From contig NC_135258.1 in the NCBI RefSeq assembly GCF_964204865.1, positions 8,804,001-8,868,000 of the forward strand: a stretch of DNA of 64,000 nucleotides, in the 5' to 3' direction. The notes below the pieces were generated by a model that did not search any database, was not told where the DNA came from, and saw only the letters and a list, made by a program, of their open reading frames with translations. Source of the DNA: Styela clava (lineage: Eukaryota). Position numbers and translations under genes: made by a program. The stretch's first letter is position 1. The number at the start of each line of letters is the position of its first letter. Positions 56,101-64,000 of the stretch are shown piece after piece.

Positions 56101-56924
56101 TAAAGTCGGCTCAATTTTAAACGTCTTTCTAGAGTGGTAGCAGAAGCCTTTGAAATTAGCCAGTTATTCAATTGCGGTAACGTGGATGCCCTAATTAACA
56201 GTTTGTTAGTTTTTTAGTAAAGTGGCCCATTAGCATTGATAAAATACTTCACCAATTATCCTCTTGACGGTATGTGAAATTGAAAATATACTCATGGTAC
56301 GCCTATGCTTTACCGCTCTTCACGCGCACTTCATAATCACCCACACGAGGGGAAGTATATGCAAACTTATTGGTAATTACTAAAAGGCGCGAAATGAGAA
56401 TATTCCAGACTAAAAACATAACTGGATTTTAAGACCGGGTGCTTTGACTGCTGTAGTTTTATCTGACACGCTAATGCTATACCGAATCCAAAATATAGTG
56501 CGTTATTTTGATCATTATGAATTGTAAGAAAAACTTCAAAAACATGTCACTCACCAAGTGGCGACCAAGTCGCACCAAGTTGAAAATTCAAGAATAGGTT
56601 TTCTTTTGTGTCGAACTCACTAACAGGTTGTATCATTTCAGAAAATGTATGTATGTTGTTATTATACGTAAGCTGCTTTAACATTAACGTTAATTTTAGT
56701 AGCGAGACAGACAGACGACGAATTATAATCGCCTACCTTCTGTAATTTAATGGAGGCCGTTGGTTACTCAATCTCTCAAAATGAAATATATTTTTATGTT
56801 TTGTTTTAATTTAAATATACATTGGAATGCAAATCCAAACAATTAATAGTAAAAGATGTTTTTATTTTTTCCCAAGAAAAATATTATATTAAATAGAAAT
56901 TGGGGATATAAAGAAACTTTTAAG

Positions 56925-59900
56925 ATGTATCTGAGTCAAAGAACTATCTTATTGTATGTTAGATTTCTCATAGCTTTCACATTCAACGTGGAAGTGAACA
57001 GTCATTGGTGGTAAGTGTAAATTTTTTTCTCTCGATATATGAAACTTTAAAATGATATTGGTATTTCAGAACGAAGAAATTAAATTTTACACCCTCAAGT
57101 ATTTTTGAATTCCTAACATGTTATTAATTGAACACAAAACTTTGACCCTCAGGAGTGGCACGTTGCCAACCAAAATTTTTTAAAACATTTTACTATTTTT
57201 TGATCCAATTTAGGTCAATGTCAAACAAGCCCCTCTCAATCACACTGGATAATCACAAAACAAAATCAATTTGCGAATACGTCGAAGGATTATCACGAAA
57301 TCAGAAAACTTTATGCAGAAGATATTATAATCACATGTCGTTCGTTAGTGAAGGAGCACAAAACGGAATTAATGAATGTCAACATCAGTTCGATGGTCAT
57401 AGATGGAATTGCTCTACTGTTAAAGACAGTTCTGTGTTTGGGAAAGTTTTAAAGATAGGTAGGTTGTTGATGTTAGATTCAATAGCTGCAATGTTGAGTA
57501 CGCTCAAGCACGTGATCGATTTCTCACAATTACAGAAGTTATTATAATAATAATATATTACAAACTTTGATAAAAAGTTAAAAATGTCAATTTTCACACA
57601 TGACACTTAACAATGAAGATTTTTAGTTTTGTACAAAACTTGCGTGCTACCTTTGCAAAAATGATTATACATTATTTTTATACACCTGTTCACAGAAAAC
57701 TTGGGAAAAGTCTTTTGACCATGTCTTGTTGTTACATTTGATATGTTTGTAAATGTCAAAAATGGGTCGCTATGTAATTTGATATCCTTACTGTGACAAA
57801 AATTCAATCACCCTCGTCAAACGCAGGTGCAAGAAGGAATGCGGGTACCATCTGGTTCTTTTCCGTTTCAATCCCAAATGCTTGTATTATCCTTGGATAT
57901 AACCGGAATGGAAGTAGTTTTTATTTCCAAAATACCATTTTAGTACGATAAAATGCTTAAAACGATACAAAATCACAAAAAAATTTCCTGTATTCAAAAA
58001 ATATTTTTCAAATTCTATTTTTATTTATACAATATGAGTACATCCTATTTGTCATATAAAAACTATAGTTTTCAGCATAAACACGTTCAATGTTATCAAA
58101 GAACTCAAAATATTGCTTTTTGTTACATAAAATTTCATGTCACAAACATCCTATTTTTCCATGTATATATAATTATTCAGTTTTACTACTCGGATTTCAA
58201 TATATTATTATATAAACTCAAGCGCGCTTTTATTCTATGAACTTATTTATACTTGACTGAAGTTCAGGCGTTCAATACTATTATGATAAAGCAAAACAGT
58301 TTTACAATAGCGTGAAGGCATTTGGACGCGGTATTTTGTTGTCAACTGCCGTAAAATGTTATGCGAGTATTTGTTGAAGTTTTCAAATTATGCATAACAT
58401 TCTGCATAAAGCAATTCATCCGTGTACAGTTGTATTTCAAACCACTTACATTTACGTTTATGAAATTACATCATTTTTAAATTTGGATCCGTTCATTCAT
58501 AAAGCAAACTTGAATGTTTCGATTTCTTTTGATATCATCTATGGGAATAAGATTTCACGCGTAGTCCAAGTCTTTGATTAAAAGGGAAATACTGTGTCGT
58601 TTTTCACAACCAATTCATTTGTTTTACACAAAGTAGAATGTAAAAAGCGTGGATTTAACGCTTTACTGACAAAATTTGACGCTGATAATATGTACTCTGC
58701 GAACCCCAATCATATACAAACTTTATAAAAATATATAAAAATTAACAAAAGTCATTTTCTACTTTCTTTTTAGGGAGTAAAGAAACTGCTTTTACATATG
58801 CCGTTGCAGCAGCTGGAGTAGTTTACTCAGTAGCAAAGGGTTGCAAAAGTGATACATTGGGCACATGTGGGTGCAGTCGGAAACAACGACCAATGGGATT
58901 AGCAAAGGAGTGGGTAAGCGTTTGTTGGTTCTAGTATATTTACAGCGTAGTACTACAAAAATTTCCAAACATAAACAAATTATCAATTCTTATCTTATCC
59001 TGTGAAGCATCGTGGTTTCACTAATGACACTGTTTAAAAATTGGTTTGAGAATCTGTGATTAACCAATCAGTTTGATATCTTGGTGGGGTTTAAGTTTGA
59101 AATTCCAGGTTCAAATCCTAGTTTGTGTCGCCTGCTGTGTAACACAACTTGCAAGTAACCTAATTAATCAGGATCCCAAAGTTTCAAGCTTTTTCGGACT
59201 CTGAATCTCGATGGTTGACGATCTAGCAGTTTGATTAATTCTTCCTACTTTGTGTAGAGATGGGGAGGCTGTGGAGATGATACCGATTATGCTTATGGAT
59301 TTGCAAGAGAATTCATTGATGCGAGAGAACGAGACAATCTCTCTCCTAGAGGAAGAAAGGAGAGAGCAAGAAAAATTATGAACATGCACAACAACGAAGC
59401 TGGAAGAATGGTGGGTAGGAATTTTGATCGCCTTTCATGACTTCTAGTACAAGACAAGCTTAAACAAATAGCTTAACCTTAGGCCATTGTACTCAGTTAT
59501 GGAAGTGGGTGAACTGAAAAAACAGCCCCATTCGTCAGACGTCAAAATAATTTCTTCAAAAACGACCATGCAAGTGTAAGAAACTGCGTCATCGAGATAG
59601 ACCGTCGTAAAAGGGACTAGAAATTTTCAGTTTTTAGTAGACTACACGTAAACATCTAGCTTGACTAATAATGTTCATGCGATTACGATTTGAAGCCGAT
59701 ATATTCATTATGCATATATAATAACTTCAATGAGCGGTCAATAATGAAATACAATAAAAAAAATTCCACTTTGGAAGAAAAACAGCACGACCTGGAAACA
59801 AAACTTTTTAGGTTCACAATCAAATAAATAGATTTCTATTTTACCCAAAGCAAAGAATTTCAAGTACTTGTCGGTGTCGAGTCACGTCTACTTGAAACAC

Positions 59901-61070
59901 TCAAAGCTTGACAATCAATTTCGTTTATTGTAAAAATATTGATACATTCAGTCGTATAAAGAAATCGTTCGGTCATGTGATTACTAGATGACATGTATTT
60001 CCGTTTCTCATGAGCTTCGAATCTTTTGCGTGACTATCATCGGTAAATTAGTCTATACTAGATAGACTCGAAAGCGAACAAATACAAGAATGGAGTGTGT
60101 TATTTGACTGTCTATGGCGAAATGTTTTTAAGACAATGTTTACATCTCCGTCAAATGTCAAACAGTTGTCTTAGTCTGATGTGTAAATTGTATTCTATTC
60201 TTAAACGTTAAACAAGAACAGTTATATACAACAATATACATACAAATGAATCGCTCAAAATTAGGAATTCATTTTTGATAACACTGACCAAAGTTTTTGA
60301 CCTGCCTTTGGGACGTACTTCAAAAATATAGTCTATTTCTAAGTACTCACAAGCAGATAAAATAGAAGCGTAGCAAAGAAGTTACCCACCCATCTTAGTA
60401 GTGTTACTGAGAAGTGTGCTATTTTGCATTTCCTTTACAATTGCTTTTATGCAATGATGACAAATTGATAACAGTCATATCTTTCATTGTTTGGTGTATA
60501 ACGCTCTCTAATTGCATTGACATGCATATTGTATATATATTTTGAGCATTCCCTATTTAAAAATGAACTTTTAAATTTCCTAGTTTATATTCAATTCGTT
60601 TACTTTTACAGGCTGCAGTTCGTGCTACTCGTCCAGCATGTAAGTGTCATGGCGTATCTGGTTCCTGTAGTTTGAAAAGTTGCTGGTACCAGGTTCCCGA
60701 CTTCAGAGTCATTGGCGATATGTTGAAAGTAGAACATAAAAGAGCCATTGAAATGAGAATGAATAAAAGGGGACTTATTCGACCCCGTAAAAGGCCACGA
60801 GAGGCGCCATTTATCACTGACTTGATATTTATAGAGTCCTCTCCGGATTACTGCAGACGTAATACTCGTACTGGTGTTCTCGGCACTAGAGGTCGGGAAT
60901 GTAAACTAAACTCTCGTGGTATGGACGGTTGTGGATTACTATGTTGTGGTCGAGGATATAGAACAAAAATGATTGAAGTTACCGAAAGATGTAATTGTAA
61001 ATTTGAATGGTGTTGCGAAGTCCGATGCCAGAAATGTAAAAGAAAAATTGTCCAATATACATGTAAATAA
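56925..61070 (+). CDS. Wnt5: Wnt5-family secreted ligand, paralog C (360 aa, 5 coding exons)
   Basis: Exons 56925-57010 ([29 protein letters not shown]), 57214-57458, 58774-58913, 59258-59410, 60612-61070; GT-AG, same phases, 1083 nt open frame, full Wnt Cys pattern. The start codon is less certain: the frame stays open upstream to a possible acceptor at about 56876. Confidence 0.93.
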
Positions 61071-64000
61071 AGGCTGGAACCAACAAGTGTTCATATCATA
61101 CGGAGAAATGGAATAATATCACGCTTCGAATCAATACAAAATTTTCTATGATTTTCCATGGCGACCATAAATAGTGGAACGAATGAAACTGAACTGAAAT
61201 ATGGATTAAGGATTCAATATTTCTAAATAAAGGTAAATAACATTTATAAATGTGTATTTATAGTAGTTATGAGTAATATACATGTATTCCAATATACATA
61301 TATGGTAATACCCTAAACTAGTATGACGTATTTGGAATATTGACAATATATTTATCTAAATAAACAGACATCTATTTGCTAATTAATAAAGTTTGAGACG
61401 CTAATAAGGAGATAACTATGACCATATATTTTTCAGAATTAATTAAATATATTAACAAAAAAATATTGTACATTTCAGTTTGGCCGAAGCAAGAAAAATA
61501 AAAGAAATAACATATGATGAAAAAGAACGTTGAATTTATCTATTTTGAAATGAACAAAATAATTATATATCGAAACTTTTAAAATAATTAACCTAAAAAT
61601 GGAGAATATTGCTAAATATGGCTTAGAGATGTAACTGGTATATGATAACTTTTATGTTCCAAGTATAATTTTCCTCTATTATATATAAAGCTCGTCTTGA
61701 GTGACATTTTCCGTTGTTTTTTGTTATCATGCGACTCATTTTCCAGGTGTATCTTTCATTCGTTTGTTTTTCTTTATTTTTGATTATCGTGATTTTTGTA
61801 GTATTATTTATTTATTTTTTTGTAAATTATTTTCAAACACTGTGAATAAATGCTGTAATGACCTCTTTCGTTAAAATGTTTCTATTGAGTTGTTTTTATC
61901 GTAGTATACCTCGAATATCACAAGAACGGCGGTTTAGAAAAAGCAAGTATATTTTAACGAAAAATTAGGTGAACATTAATGCTTACAATCGAGTCAATTG
62001 TATATAAAAAGTCAAATCACTGAAAGAAAAATAATGATAATTGTAAAGCTGAGAGGTAGAAGATAGCGTCCTTTTACCATCGCTTGTCCATTTTCCAGTG
62101 AAACTAATCATTAAAATTTATATTTTTCACCTTTTTATGCCATATATGCATATATGACATTAAAAAAACGTTTATTTTTCAATATGTGGTTATTTAAAAA
62201 TCAGAATACTAATATCACACATAATGATCAATAGACTTTGGTTAAAAACAAATTCCAGACTTCAAATTTGTACATTGTGGCCTATTGACGCGTACGACTT
62301 CAGCGAAATGGGTGCCGACATGTCTCCCATTTTTGGTTTCGTTCATACCGGCAACCCAACCTTGTTAATTAAATTCAGTTCATGTTATTTTAACCCATCA
62401 ACACCCAGTTCAAGTGGCTCCAGGATGTCAATAATTTTTTTGAACGAGGTTAAATCCTAAGGTTGGGACATATCTAGATCAAGTATGGCCTTTCTCTTAA
62501 GCCTTGTATTTAAACCCAATGCTTGGCGGTAAAGAAATAATTATCTATTCGAAAATTATTTGGTGAAATTACTCGACTCTATCAATGAGTATAGTATGTT
62601 AAGTATTTCATATGAATATATAATATTTTTGAAATTCTTTTTGAGAAAAACGTGTCTGTTGAACTTTTTTCTTATAATATCTCATTCTTCATAAAACGTA
62701 ATTTAAGATTATATTATTCGTATATTCAAATTAAACTCATTTAATTTTCATTCCCAGACTTTCTGAGTGAAGAGAAGATTTTTATTTACCTAAGTAATTT
62801 ACTTCATTTTAAAGACAAACTTTTAACCTTATGAACTCCCACACACACATATTTTGAAAACATAAAATAGAATTTTGTGGAGGTTTAAATCCAATATGAC
62901 CCAAGTTCATGTTCAGTTCACAGTATTTTACGTTTGTATGATGGCATGTATTTTTCGTCTCGGAATTGGTAGCAGAATCAATACCAAAGTATTGCGAGAT
63001 TGATATAAATTGCTACTTTTGACGAAAAAATTCCCAATCCGACCTATTCAACTTTTGCAATAGTATAACTCACGACTTTTATTGTCAAAGCCACCTACGA
63101 CCGTACTATTAGGTGTTGTCATAGCGATACGTGGTACACATTGCGTGCTCACGGTGAGGACCAGGACACACAGGGTATGATTACAAAACACATTCGTAAT
63201 GGCAGAACACATTTGCAATGACAAAATCGTATTTGAACAGCGGTGTATAATTAATTAGTAATAGTAAGATTTTCGAGTGAAAATTAAGAATACTGATTTT
63301 TAATTTAATTAACATTTTAGGTTTGGTTGAATAAATAGACACAATAGTTTGTCAATTTGAGTGCAAGAATATAGACTGGAAAACAAGTTCATTGGTAACT
63401 ACGTGAAAATTTTTCCCACAATAAAATATTAGGACATTTATAGTTTCTTTTTTATTTCTTCGTATTATATGAAATTAGTGATGATTACTCTCATCGAAAC
63501 GCGATGAAATTACAACTTCAACCAAACTGCTTTTTAAAAATTAAACTGGTAGCCTGACCCATCTCAATTAAATTTTTTCTTCGTCGTCGGTCATACGGTG
63601 TCCACTCTGACTCATCTATAACGGGCAGTGTAGAAATGATCAGTCCAGTACTACATTTATCGCATGTTTATGATGATCTACGCAGGTGAAGAATTGGTAC
63701 GGGGAAGTTAAAAATCAATTTGCTATGTTTTGGGTATAAACATGCACCCAGCCACCTCTTACTTTTGACTCGGCTTTTTGATGGAGTTAACTCACCATTT
63801 TGCAAGCAAGGTCCTAAGATTTTACAAGTCTACGGAAACAATTAACAACCGTCGCACATGCTTGTTTTGTATCGTAGGGAAGGGAAAATATCGTGTACGG
63901 CGCCACACGGTGTTTTCGAAAATAGCCTCCATGCTATCTATCATACGCGACCGAAGCTTTAATTACTTTAATTTGACATGTTCAAATTTTAATTTTCAAT

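Noticed and set aside
59010-59160. B-box-like GGTTCAAATCC in Wnt5-C intron 3 (tRNA or SINE?)
   Set aside because: No cloverleaf or convincing A-box; at best a SINE remnant that I cannot support.
1-64000. Prokaryotic systems (CRISPR arrays, operons, rRNA/tRNA genes)
   Set aside because: Sequence is intron-containing animal DNA; no regularly spaced repeats or structured RNA genes seen.

Overview
AT-rich eukaryotic (animal) genomic DNA with spliceosomal introns; gene content suggests a stolidobranch ascidian such as Styela or Halocynthia (inference). The window holds three complete five-exon Wnt5 paralogs: A (+, 4038-12733), B (-, 17288-30962) and C (+, 56925-61070). Between Wnt5-B and Wnt5-C are three small spliced genes that the ORF track does not resolve: P1 (+, 35759-37146), P2 (-, 39973-41452) and P3 (+, 45856-47136). 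Each encodes a 100-107 aa prepropeptide: a signal peptide, a cationic Gly/Ala/Lys-rich mature peptide ending in a probable amidation Gly, and a conserved 44-aa acidic C-terminal propiece. This is the layout of tunicate styelin/clavanin-type antimicrobial peptide precursors, but I do not recognise these mature sequences as named peptides. P1 and P2 form an approximately 7 kb inverted duplication. All three share about 400 bp of promoter with TATA, Inr and a kB-like/CRE-half-site motif. Several short non-autonomous transposon copies (Helentron-associated-like, MITE-like) are also present. All exon models were read by hand from GT-AG boundaries and frame continuity; no searches were run.
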